64,000 bases of DNA from Bacillota bacterium (GTDB taxonomy: Bacteria > Bacillota > JAAYKD01), in NCBI GenBank assembly GCA_963666425.2, contig OY762825.2:480001-544000 (forward strand). The letters are read 5' to 3'. Within the stretch, counting starts at the first letter, position 1. Each line of letters starts with the position of its first letter. The notes beneath the pieces are model-generated. The model had not been told where the DNA came from and did no database searches. It saw only the letters and a program-made list of their open reading frames with translations. Position numbers and translations under genes: made by a program. Below are positions 41,376 to 50,728 of this stretch, piece after piece.

Positions 41376-41886
41376 AGAAAATGAATAGTCATTTTTCTGC
41401 ACATTTCCATGTTTGGATTTCTATTCCAACCGGCTACATATTGCAGCCAATTGCCTTCTTTTTTACGAAAGCATTGGTCTGTTTAATCAAAATCGCGAAG
41501 TCGAACTTCTGCCTATTTCTACTTCCATTTTATTCATAAACCATTCGCTTGAAATCCGGGGAACTCCTTTATTTCAATTTAAAGATAATAGATTCTTTTT
41601 GTTTGTTGGTTTATGGTAAGGAAAAGCATGTTATTCCTGTTGTTTTAACATTTATTGTAATGTTAATTTTTGTAAGGACGCGGAATGGTCAAGACCATTC
41701 CCTACATTGCGAGATCGTTGGAAATGATACAAGAAAATATGTGCATATGCAAAACGGCCGGGAATGCTCGATACAGTTAGAGGGTTTCGGCGCATGAACC
41801 CCGCGAATCGCGCAGAATTGGTCTTCTTCTTGATTACAATATAATAATACCTTAATATAATGTGTTTTATTCCGTTAGGTAATAAT

Positions 41887-41915
41887 TGACATTTTCTATC
41901 TATTAATTTAAGATA
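41887..41915 (+). promoter_or_regulatory. sigma70 promoter
   Basis: TTGACA-17-TAAGAT in an AT-rich region. Confidence 0.6.
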
Positions 41916-41958
41916 TTTCAAGGTGTTAATTCCAAATTAGTTGAAAGGGGTGTTTCGT

Positions 41959-42615
41959 TTGGTGATCGACTTTCAGTCTGTAAGAAAACAAATTGTGGCG
42001 CTTCTTCCCTGCTATTTACCGGAGGGGGGTAATGGCTGCCGCGTCTTGCTGCGCAACGGTCAGGAGCTTCTCTTTAGAAACCGCATTGCAAAAGTATGGA
42101 ACGACTACCTCATGCTTTGGGGTTTGGCTGACGATGCCCTGGAGCATGCCTATGCCCACGGTAAATTAACCCCGGTGCCGCTGACCAATCAGCATACCTT
42201 TCTTTGTCTGCGCGTGCGCAAGGCATTGGTGCAGGGCGACAGCGTTTATGGTTATATCGAGCACGAAAGCCTCGATTACCCTATCGGCTCCGCGCGGGAA
42301 GCGCTGCACGAAATCACCTGCTGCGGACACCATATTGAAATCATCACCAGCATCGGCCATCTGCAAATGCAGCGCCAAAAGGCAATTGCGGTGCAGCAAG
42401 CCTGGCAGGAATATCATAACAGACCGTCGCAGAAAATGACCGAATCGCTGCTGATGCGGGATTTGCTGATTATGAAGTATAAATTGCTCAGTTTCATTCT
42501 CAATAGTGAACAGCCGGAGCAGCGCCTGACAGAGATCAACGATGATTATGCCATTTTGCAGAACAGAACGGCCGCTTTCCTGCTGGAGGAACCGATTCAG
42601 CCTTTGAGAAAATAA
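41959..42615 (+). CDS. ComK-like putative DNA-binding protein
   Basis: IVALLPCY...GNGC and P.PL....FL.LRVRK....GD..YGYI resemble clostridial ComK-family proteins; AAGGGGTG RBS. Confidence 0.5.
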   Translation: MVIDFQSVRKQIVALLPCYLPEGGNGCRVLLRNGQELLFRNRIAKVWNDYLMLWGLADDALEHAYAHGKLTPVPLTNQHTFLCLRVRKALVQGDSVYGYIEHESLDYPIGSAREALHEITCCGHHIEIITSIGHLQMQRQKAIAVQQAWQEYHNRPSQKMTESLLMRDLLIMKYKLLSFILNSEQPEQRLTEINDDYAILQNRTAAFLLEEPIQPLRK

Positions 42616-42645
42616 ACAGCCGAATTGGCTGAGAACATATAAAAC

Positions 42646-42691
42646 AGCAAGACAGGTCCTGAAGAGACAAATCTTCGGGGCCTGTCTTGCT
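42646..42691. terminator. Bidirectional terminator
   Basis: AGCAAGACAGGTCCTGAAGA...TCTTCGGGGCCTGTCTTGCT between convergent genes. Confidence 0.75.
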
Positions 42692-42737
42692 TTATGGGGC
42701 GACGTGTTCGGGTGCCCTCTAGAGGAAGTTGCTTGCT

Positions 42738-44015
42738 TTATTCGTTGACTTTATGACCAGTGAGTGTGCCAAGGTTGCTGAAACCGCTCTCACCCATAAC
42801 GAAAATACTGCAGTTGTTGATCAGGATGCCGCTGCTGCTGTTGAGGAAAGCGCCGCCGCTGACCCGCAGGAAGAAACCGTCGAGGATTATAGTGGCTTCA
42901 TTGCTAAAGCTGCCGCCGATCACATCCAGCATGCCACCGTGTGTGTTGACATTACCAGCTTTGAGGAAGATCGAACCCCGGTTAATCACTTCGCCGCTGA
43001 AGAGACGCAGCTGACCGCCAATGGGGCCGTTGTCGCTGAGATCCGGCAGTGAACTGGCCGCCAGGTTGATGGCGCCGTTGTTGATCAGTTTGCCGTTGTT
43101 CTGCACCGCCAACACGGAATAGTTGATGAAATCCGGGCGGATGCTGTCGGCACCCAGGATGTTCAGCGTGCCGTTGTTGGTGAGTGTGCTCTCCACATAA
43201 AAATCGTTGCCGCGGTTGACGGTAACGGTTACCCCGGCCGGAATGGTGAGTTCGCCGCTGATGATCACGGGTGTGCCGATGGAATCGACGGTGATCAGGT
43301 TGTAACTGCCGGATGCCAGTGCCGTTTTCAGGGTGTCGTAAGAGGAAACGGAAATGGTGCTGGGAGCCGGTTCGGCCACAATAGCTATGGCATTGGCGTA
43401 GGCATCGTTCGTGAAAATGTTATCGGCAATCAGCTTTTTGGCCAGGTTCAGGCTGCCGGTTTTCAAATCTGCCTGCAGAGCCGCCCAGGAAATCAGGCTG
43501 ACATCCGAGCGCAGAAAGTTTGTTGTATCCACACCGCTGGGCAAGATGCCCACCGCTGCCGCCAGTGTGTTCGGTTCGTTCCAGACAAAATCGCCTTCCG
43601 TATCGCTGTAGTTGAGGGCGCGCAGCATAAAGGTGAGATACATGTCGGCATCGGCATTGCCTTTGCCGAATTCCGTGGCGGAAATGCCCATGGTCAGACC
43701 CTTGCTGTAAGCGTAACCAACATAATTGTCGGCCCAGGCATCCACATCGGTAAAGGGATGTGTCCAGGTTCCGTTGAGCGCTTCCGTTTCTTTACCCAGG
43801 GTGCGGATCAGCATAATCATGGCTTCGGTGCGGGTGGGTGCTCGGTTGAGAGCAAAATCGGTATCCGATACCCCCTGAAATAAGCCGAGGGTTTTCAGCG
43901 CCTGCGCTTTGGTTTCGGCTTCCGCGCTGTTGGCGGCATAGACCGGTGTCAGCAGGCACATGCTCAAAGCCAGCACAAAAAGAAAGCTGATGAGACTCTT
44001 TGCTGTGATTTTCAT
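42738..44015 (-). CDS. Secreted SLH-like (S-layer homology) protein with Asn/Gly-rich beta-repeat C-terminus
   Basis: Signal peptide MKITAK...PVYA; LGLFQG...TR.EA and PFTDV..WA..YVGYAY..GL..G. Confidence 0.8.
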   Translation of the reverse strand: MKITAKSLISFLFVLALSMCLLTPVYAANSAEAETKAQALKTLGLFQGVSDTDFALNRAPTRTEAMIMLIRTLGKETEALNGTWTHPFTDVDAWADNYVGYAYSKGLTMGISATEFGKGNADADMYLTFMLRALNYSDTEGDFVWNEPNTLAAAVGILPSGVDTTNFLRSDVSLISWAALQADLKTGSLNLAKKLIADNIFTNDAYANAIAIVAEPAPSTISVSSYDTLKTALASGSYNLITVDSIGTPVIISGELTIPAGVTVTVNRGNDFYVESTLTNNGTLNILGADSIRPDFINYSVLAVQNNGKLINNGAINLAASSLPDLSDNGPIGGQLRLFSGEVINRGSIFLKAGNVNTHGGMLDVIGGSFSNEATIILDGFFLRVSGGAFLNSSSGILINNCSIFVMGESGFSNLGTLTGHKVNE

Positions 44016-44127
44016 TGTTTGTTTCCCTTGCCTTTCCTGATATTTCGTTTGCAACAGCTCTATTTTACAGAAACGGGGTAAACAAAAGGTGAGCTGGCAG
44101 CCCACCTTTTCAAGACAATTTGCTTTT

Positions 44128-45717
44128 CTATTCTGTTTTTGCCGCAAAGAGGCGGTCGGCGTTGGCCAGGAGAACGGCAGTCTCGCCTTTGCTAATGTCT
44201 TCCGGACGGCCGACACCGCTCAGCATGCCGCTCTTTTCGGCAAATTGTAGGGCAACCCGCACACCGGGGTAAACGCCGTTGTCGTCTTTGAGGCTGGTAT
44301 AATCGGTTACCTTTTCCGGCCAATAGATTTTCACCGCCACATAGGTCATCACATCGCGCGGTAAATATTGCTCGTCGCCCATGCCCCAGGGCAGGAAATT
44401 GTGCTCGCTCTCGTGCGGCAAACCTTCTTCCGGCAGGGCGTAGACATAGTCGCGGTCGTAGCCGTAGAGTTCGGTTAAGATGGTTTTCACAAAACCAATG
44501 TCGGCATAGGCAGCGGAATCGTCAAACAAATGGGTATTGAATTTTTGCTGCAGGTAGGTGATCGCGTCGGTCACGCGTTCTGCATCGGTGGCGACGGTGG
44601 GGATGATTCCCTCGGCAAAGGGGTTGTAGGTGGCGGCGCGATACCAGCGTAAGCCAGCCCACACAGAGAGCGCAACAGCTGCCAACAGGCAGACGCTCAG
44701 CAGGATTTTATGCCGCAGCTGCGCCGCCGGGTTTGCTTCTTGCAGCGCTTTCTTCAGCGCCGCTGCGTTGCGGAAGCGTTCATGCGGCGCAAAAGCGGTG
44801 CACTTGTTAATGATTTTGGCCAGCGGCGGGTAGATGGCGCACTTGTTGTTGGCTTTCTCGCTGCCGGTAAAGAGAAAACGCAGCAGGATGCCGAAGGAAT
44901 AGATATCGGCGCGGCCATCTGTCTGCGAAAAACCGTATTGCTCCGGCGGGGCATATTCGCGGGTGCCGAAGAATTGCGTATCTGTTTCGGCTTGCTGGTG
45001 ATAGACGCGGGCAATGTCAAAGTCAATCAGCACAAGTCTGCCATCCGGACGGATGATGATGTTTTGCGGTTTGATATCGCGGTGAATCACGGGGTTTTCC
45101 TGGCCGTGCAGGTAGATTAAAATATCGCAGAGCTGCAGACAGAGCGCCAGTTTACTGGCCTGATCGGGCGATTGCTCTGCTAAGCAGCGGTTGGGTGGAC
45201 AGAGCGGCAGTTTACTGGCCTGATCGGGCGATTGCTCTGCTAAGTAGCGGTTGGGCGGACAGAGCGGCAGTTTACTGGCCTGATCGAGCGATTGCTCTGC
45301 TAAGTAGCGGTTGGGCGGACAGAGTGCCTGTTTGCTGGCCTGATCGGGCGATTGCTCTGCTAAGTAGCGGTTGGGTGATTGCTCTGCTAAGTAGCGGTCG
45401 AGCGATTTGCCTTCGATATACTCGCGGACAATGCAGACTCCCCTGTCGTTCTCGAATTCATCCGTAAAAGCCGGCAGACCACTGTGATGCAGCCCTTTCA
45501 GGATGCTGCTCTCATGCACCAGGGAGTAGAGCTGCTTATCGTAAAATTTCGCCACATAGAGCCTGCCGGTTTGCTTTTGCCGCACCAGAAAGGTTTCGGT
45601 ACCGTGGCCGTTGGCCAAACACTCCAGCTGATCGTATTGCGCTAAAAACGCAGCGGGATAAGCTGTTTGATCGAGAGAATTGAGAATTTCATTCACCGCT
45701 GTTTGCAGATTGTTCAT
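44128..45717 (-). CDS. Membrane Hanks-type Ser/Thr kinase with an internal tandem repeat
   Basis: VAK, HRDIKPQN, DFD, GTREYAPPEQ, DIYS.G; one TM segment; SLH-like tail. Confidence 0.9.
   Translation of the reverse strand: MNNLQTAVNEILNSLDQTAYPAAFLAQYDQLECLANGHGTETFLVRQKQTGRLYVAKFYDKQLYSLVHESSILKGLHHSGLPAFTDEFENDRGVCIVREYIEGKSLDRYLAEQSPNRYLAEQSPDQASKQALCPPNRYLAEQSLDQASKLPLCPPNRYLAEQSPDQASKLPLCPPNRCLAEQSPDQASKLALCLQLCDILIYLHGQENPVIHRDIKPQNIIIRPDGRLVLIDFDIARVYHQQAETDTQFFGTREYAPPEQYGFSQTDGRADIYSFGILLRFLFTGSEKANNKCAIYPPLAKIINKCTAFAPHERFRNAAALKKALQEANPAAQLRHKILLSVCLLAAVALSVWAGLRWYRAATYNPFAEGIIPTVATDAERVTDAITYLQQKFNTHLFDDSAAYADIGFVKTILTELYGYDRDYVYALPEEGLPHESEHNFLPWGMGDEQYLPRDVMTYVAVKIYWPEKVTDYTSLKDDNGVYPGVRVALQFAEKSGMLSGVGRPEDISKGETAVLLANADRLFAAKTE
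45139..45397 (-). repeat. In-frame 60-bp tandem repeat (about 4 copies) plus a 27-bp duplication inside the kinase
   Basis: Encodes (PNRYLAEQSPDQASKLPLCP)n. Confidence 0.92.
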
Positions 45718-45851
45718 TTGCTTTCACCGCTTCCAATTAGGGGTAATTTTATTTCGTGTAGGACAAAGTTGGTTGGTTGTGCAGAACGCTGGTAGGTTGT
45801 TCAAAGCGACGTTGGTGGAGTGATCATTTACTTTCGCTGCTAGCAGGCCAT

Positions 45852-46305
45852 TCATTTGCTTTCGCCGTTGCCAATCAAGGGTAATTCCATTTCGTGTAAA
45901 ATGCTTTGGGTTTCCACAATAGTCATGCCATGATGTAAGCAGTAAAGGATGGCGGCATCGCGTTTGATGCGTGGATAAAGCAGGCTCATACCGGCGCAGC
46001 GTAGCAGTTCCTGCGCCGTTTCCACATTGGCGGCAAAGCCAAAGGCCAACTGCAGCACAGTATCGCGGGAGGGGTTGCGCGTACCTTTGAAGAGCTGATG
46101 ACCAAAGGAACGCTCGATGTTCGCTCGTTTGATGATGCGCTCCGGCACCAAGCCTTGTTCGCGGCAGAGCGATGTGATTTTTTCGCTGAAGGCAGGCAGC
46201 TGCATTTCCTCGGCGTTTTTTTTTCATGAATTGCTCCAGATTCGAGGTTTTAAACAAACGCTTAAAAAGCATGCTGGTTTTGCCTTGATTTGCCGATTCA
46301 CTCAT
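45852..46305 (-). pseudogene. XRE-like HTH regulator with one frameshift in an A9 run
   Basis: MSESANQG...FMKK joins NAEEMQLPAF...GTRNPSRD if the A9 run (46216-46224) is read as A8. Confidence 0.75.
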
Positions 46306-46339
46306 GCTGCTCACTTCTTTCTTTGCCTTTGACGGTACT

Positions 46340-47799
46340 GCGCGGGGTGTGGTGGCGGAGGATGGGGACGAAGGACGGGGTACGGGGAGGTGTAAATGTT
46401 TTGGACGGGATGGGTGTTTGGGACGGTATGGGACAGAGTTACGCGGAATGGTCAAGACCATTCCCTACCTTGCACAATGTTCATAACAAACCTGCAATGT
46501 ATTTATGAAACGCCAAAATACATTGGTTAAACGATAAATCACGTTGGTAAACCACCAATTTACATTGGGCAAAACGATAAATCACGTTGGTAAACCACCA
46601 ATTTACATTGCGAAACGATAAATCACGTTGGGTAAACCACCAATTTACATTGCGAAACGATAAAACACATTGGGTAAATGTAGGGAATGGTCTTGACCAT
46701 TCCGCAACGTATCGCATAAGTCCGCAAAGGTATATAAAACCGTCAAAGCATGCTGCATGGTTACCCGGACTTGAAACATGGGAACCCATGCTTGGGACGG
46801 GGTTACGCGGAATGGTCAAGACCATTCCCTACCTTGCACAATGTTCATAACAAATCTGCAATGTATTTATGAAACGCTAAATCACGTTGTTAAAAACGAT
46901 AAATCACGTTGGAAAATCACCAATTTACATTAGCAAAACGCTAAAACACATTGGAAAACCACCAATTTACATTGGCAAAACGATTAATCACATTGGACAA
47001 ACCACCAATTTACATTGCGAAAAACGATAAAACACATTGGTCAAACCACCAATTTACATTGCGAAAAACGATAGAATATGTTGGGTAAACCATCAAAATA
47101 CATTGGCAAAACGATAAAATACATTGGGTAAACCAACAAATTACATCGGACTAAACGATTAATCACATTGGGCAAATGTAGGGAATGGTCTTGACCATTC
47201 CGCAACGTATCGCATAAGTCCGCAAAGGTATATAAAAACGCTAAAATACGTTGGTCAAATCACCAAACCACATCGGACTAAACGATTAATCACATTGGGT
47301 AAATGTAGGGAATGGTCTTGACCATTCCGCAACGTATCGCATAAGTCCGCAATGGTATATAAAACGTCAAAGCACATTGCATGGTTACCCGGACTTGAAA
47401 CGTGGGTATCCGAGCATGAAACATGGGAACCCATGCTTGGGACGGGGTTACGCGGAATGGTCAAGACCATTCCCTACCTTGCACAATGTTCATAACAAAT
47501 CTGCAATGTATTTTTGAAACGCTAAATCACGTTGTTAAAAACGATAAATCACGTTGGACAAACCACCAATTTATATTGCGAAAAACGATAGAATATGTTG
47601 GGTAAACCATCAAAATACATTGGCAAAAACGATAAATCACATTTGGGAAACCACCAATTTATATTGCGAAAAACGATAAAATACGTTGGACAAACCACCA
47701 ATTTACATTAGCAAAACGCTAAAACACGTTGGGTAAATGTAGGGAACGGTCTTGACCGTTCCGCAACGCATCGCATAAATTAGCTTAACCATTCCCTAC
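46340..47799. repeat. BIME/REPIN-like composite: 7 REPs in both orientations, about 21-bp minisatellite arrays and a terminal half-REP
   Basis: REPs at 46443(-), 46680(+), 46807(-), 47178(+), 47305(+), 47452(-), 47739(+); half-REP at 47788-47799. Confidence 0.92.
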
Positions 47800-48335
47800 C
47801 CTTTCAATTTCGGTTCGGCATGATATAAGCGGAAGTAATCAAACACGCAATCCTCGCCATCATAGGGCAAAACACGCGTGTCGCAATAAGTAAATCCAAG
47901 TTTTTCAATCACGCGGCGGGAAGATTTGTTTTCTGGTTTGACAATAGCAGAAAGCGCAGTCTGACCCGCTTCTTCCATTGCCCACCCGATCATCGCTTTG
48001 GCCGCTTCCGTAGCATAACCTCTGTTTTGCTGCTCATCGCTGACGGCGAATAAAACTTCAATTTCACCATTTAACTCCTGCTTTGGCGCAGCGCCCACAT
48101 AACCAATCAGCCGGTTGTTCTCTTTCAGCTCAATCGCCAGCAATTGGCAAGGCTCTTCGTTATTGCATTTGGTCTTCAGCCAGCGGATCCACTTCTCTGC
48201 CGCTTCTTTGCTTACCAGCACCATATCGGACATAAAATGCGCCACAATGGGTTGTTTGCTGAGGTGAGATGCCGCTTCAGCATCCGCTTCGTCAAAGGAA
48301 CGCAGCAGCAAACGTTGTGTTTCTATTTGTAACAT
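47796..48335 (-). CDS. RimJ/RimL-like GNAT N-acetyltransferase
   Basis: IETQRLLLR, RGYATEAA, N..SRRVIEKLGF; GGAGG RBS. Confidence 0.9.
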   Translation of the reverse strand: MLQIETQRLLLRSFDEADAEAASHLSKQPIVAHFMSDMVLVSKEAAEKWIRWLKTKCNNEEPCQLLAIELKENNRLIGYVGAAPKQELNGEIEVLFAVSDEQQNRGYATEAAKAMIGWAMEEAGQTALSAIVKPENKSSRRVIEKLGFTYCDTRVLPYDGEDCVFDYFRLYHAEPKLKG

Positions 48336-48344
48336 GAAAAATGC

Positions 48345-48588
48345 CTCCATATAAAATAAATCCTCCTCAGCAACATTGCCAAGGAGGATAGATAAAACGA
48401 AACAAAGCAAAGACGCAGACATTTTAATGCGACAGCCCGCTGCGATTCTATTCTCTTCTTGACAATAAACTAAGGTTCCTGAAATTGCTTAACCAATTTC
48501 TTTTTGTCAGAAAGATTTATAGTATCATTGGTATGCCCCTTTCAAGTGAAGTTAAGGGCACTATAACAAAGGCAGCGGTTATTGTCAA
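48345..48588 (-). promoter_or_regulatory. Promoter and long leader with micro-uORF (Met-Ile-Leu) and terminator: putative attenuator
   Basis: TTGACA-17-TATAGT (48588-48560); GAAAGGGG RBS plus ATG ATA CTA TAA (48528-48517); hairpin at 48360-48389 with a T-rich tail. Confidence 0.6.
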
Positions 48589-48614
48589 GGAAAAAAAGTC
48601 TTAATTTTTCCAGT

Positions 48615-49709
48615 TTATTTTGTGGTTTCGTAGGTTCTTACCGTCATTAATATGGCTGCTTCGCGGGTTGCCATGCCATAACCGGCTGCGATCTGCGCCG
48701 TGGTGGTGGCTTTCGGCATGAAATTACCGGAAGTATCGCCCAGGATGATGCCAAGTTTAAACATGTATTTGGTAGCTTCCGCTGCCCAGGAGGAAATCTC
48801 CTTTTGATCCGGGAAATCCGGCACACCTGTGATGCTATAATCGGCATTGGGCCGCATGGCGGTGATGGCACGGAAGAGCATTGCCGCGCATTGTTCGCGA
48901 TTGATCAGCATTTGTGGTGAAAAAGCGGTTGGTGAAGTTCCCGCCGTAATTCCCAGTGCATAGGCTTTGAGTATGACCGGATTAGTGGTATCGGTAAAGG
49001 GATTGATCGCCACCGGTGCGGCAGTGGTCAGCGTGACTTTTTCATAGAGCAGCACGGCCAACTCGCAAAATTCCTCGCGTGTGGTGGGTTTGGTTAGATC
49101 GGCTCCTTGCAGTATTTTTGGAATCAGACCTAATTCGTTGGCTTTTTTCAGCTCCGGTTCGGCCCAAGCACTGGCATCGGAGTAGAAAGCGGTGGTTCCG
49201 ATGCTTACTTCATTAGAAACAGCAGAATAGATCGGGTCTACATCTGGCCAACCTTCGTAATAATCGTAATAAACATGCAGCCGATAGGTATAGACATGGC
49301 TTTTAATGTCAACGGAGGTCAGGCTGCCTTCATCGATGGGATCGAAAGTCACGGCAAAATCAGTGGCGATGACCGGTGTTTCGCCATCTTCGCCGCCGGT
49401 AAAGACATTGATATAACCACCGCCGCCATAGTCACCCCAGTCGCCCTCATCCAGCTTCACGGCGTACTCCCAAAAGACCGAACCACCGGCGGGCGCTTCG
49501 CTGTCCAAATTGAGCACGCTTTGGGGCAGATAGACCAGCGCTTCAAAATAAGGCGCACCGCTTTCGTAGTATTTCAGCTCAATGCTCTTCATGGTGGGTG
49601 CCTCCAGCACAGAGGGAACGCCTTGCGGCAGAGCAGCCAGTGTGTTCATCGGCAGCATAATGATCATCAGCATGAATATAATGAAACAAGCCAGGTAATT
49701 TTTCTTCAT
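48615..49709 (-). CDS. Secreted SLH-domain protein
   Basis: Signal peptide; DASAWA, TREEF, PFTDT, LGITAG...F.P..INREQ, ISSWA. Confidence 0.85.
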   Translation of the reverse strand: MKKNYLACFIIFMLMIIMLPMNTLAALPQGVPSVLEAPTMKSIELKYYESGAPYFEALVYLPQSVLNLDSEAPAGGSVFWEYAVKLDEGDWGDYGGGGYINVFTGGEDGETPVIATDFAVTFDPIDEGSLTSVDIKSHVYTYRLHVYYDYYEGWPDVDPIYSAVSNEVSIGTTAFYSDASAWAEPELKKANELGLIPKILQGADLTKPTTREEFCELAVLLYEKVTLTTAAPVAINPFTDTTNPVILKAYALGITAGTSPTAFSPQMLINREQCAAMLFRAITAMRPNADYSITGVPDFPDQKEISSWAAEATKYMFKLGIILGDTSGNFMPKATTTAQIAAGYGMATREAAILMTVRTYETTK

Positions 49710-49775
49710 CTTGATATCCTCCTCTTGAGATAATTGAAATAAGTGATTTGGTATTCGACAAAATGCCAGTCTGGT

Positions 49776-50114
49776 TCAGACGTTTTGCGGCATATTGCTG
49801 CGATAGCGGATGATCAGCTCAGCGCGGGATTTGACCTGCAGTTTCTTATAAATACTCGTCATATGTGTATTGGCCGTGGAGTATTGCACGGAAAGCTGCT
49901 TAGCTGATTCTTTCAGCGTAAAACCTTCCAGGAGAAGCAGAAAGAGTTCCCGCTCACGCGGGGTTAAGAAAGCCAATCGCCGGGTTTGTTCATTACCGGA
50001 AAGAGTGGATGATGCCGCTGCCAATAGCACTTCACCGGAACTGAGCTTTGGTTTGGGTGCGTTTTTTCCGGATGGCGCGGCTAGCTTTTGCCGGAATGCC
50101 TCCCATAGTTTCAC
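49776..50114 (-). CDS. Small stand-alone LuxR HTH regulator
   Basis: LTPRERE...G.TLKE.A..L.V.YST..TH...IYKKL.V.SR.EL. Confidence 0.88.
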   Translation of the reverse strand: MKLWEAFRQKLAAPSGKNAPKPKLSSGEVLLAAASSTLSGNEQTRRLAFLTPRERELFLLLLEGFTLKESAKQLSVQYSTANTHMTSIYKKLQVKSRAELIIRYRSNMPQNV

Positions 50115-50274
50115 ATTTTCACACCTCCTACTGTTGCCACATTCGTTTTGCTATGTTTTGGATCACGTTTTGATTTTGCCTGTTTTTAGACCAGCCGTCT
50201 ATTCATTAGTTCTGCTGAAATGTAAAATAGCGCCTCATTAGTTCTAATGAGACGCTGTTTTTATTGAGTTTTCG

Positions 50275-50700
50275 AGACCGTAATATGGAAAACCACCAAT
50301 ATGCATTATGCAAAACGATGAACTACGTTGGGCAGAACGATAAAAACATATTAGTAAAAAAACGATGAACCACGTTGGAAAACCATCACTATGCATTATG
50401 CAAAACGATGAACCACGTTGGGCAGATGTAGGGAACGGTCTTGACCGTTCCGCAACGTCCCGCATAAATCGGCTTGATAGGTTAACAGCTGCGTGGTATG
50501 GGATCGAGGTTAAAAAAGAACGAAGAACGAGGAACGAAGAACGAGGAACGTGGTCACGCGGAATGGTCAAGACCATTCCCTACCTTGCACAATGTTCATA
50601 ACAAATCTGCTTTGGCTTATTCCGAACGCCAAAGCACGTTGGGCAAAACGATTAATTGCATTGCGAGATCACGCGGAATGGTCAAAACCATTCCCTACGC
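50275..50700. repeat. REP composite (3 REPs) with 21-bp and 7-bp satellites
   Basis: REPs at 50428(+), 50558(-), 50673(-). Confidence 0.9.
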
Positions 50701-50728
50701 CGGAGTGATTTTACCATAACATGCTTTC

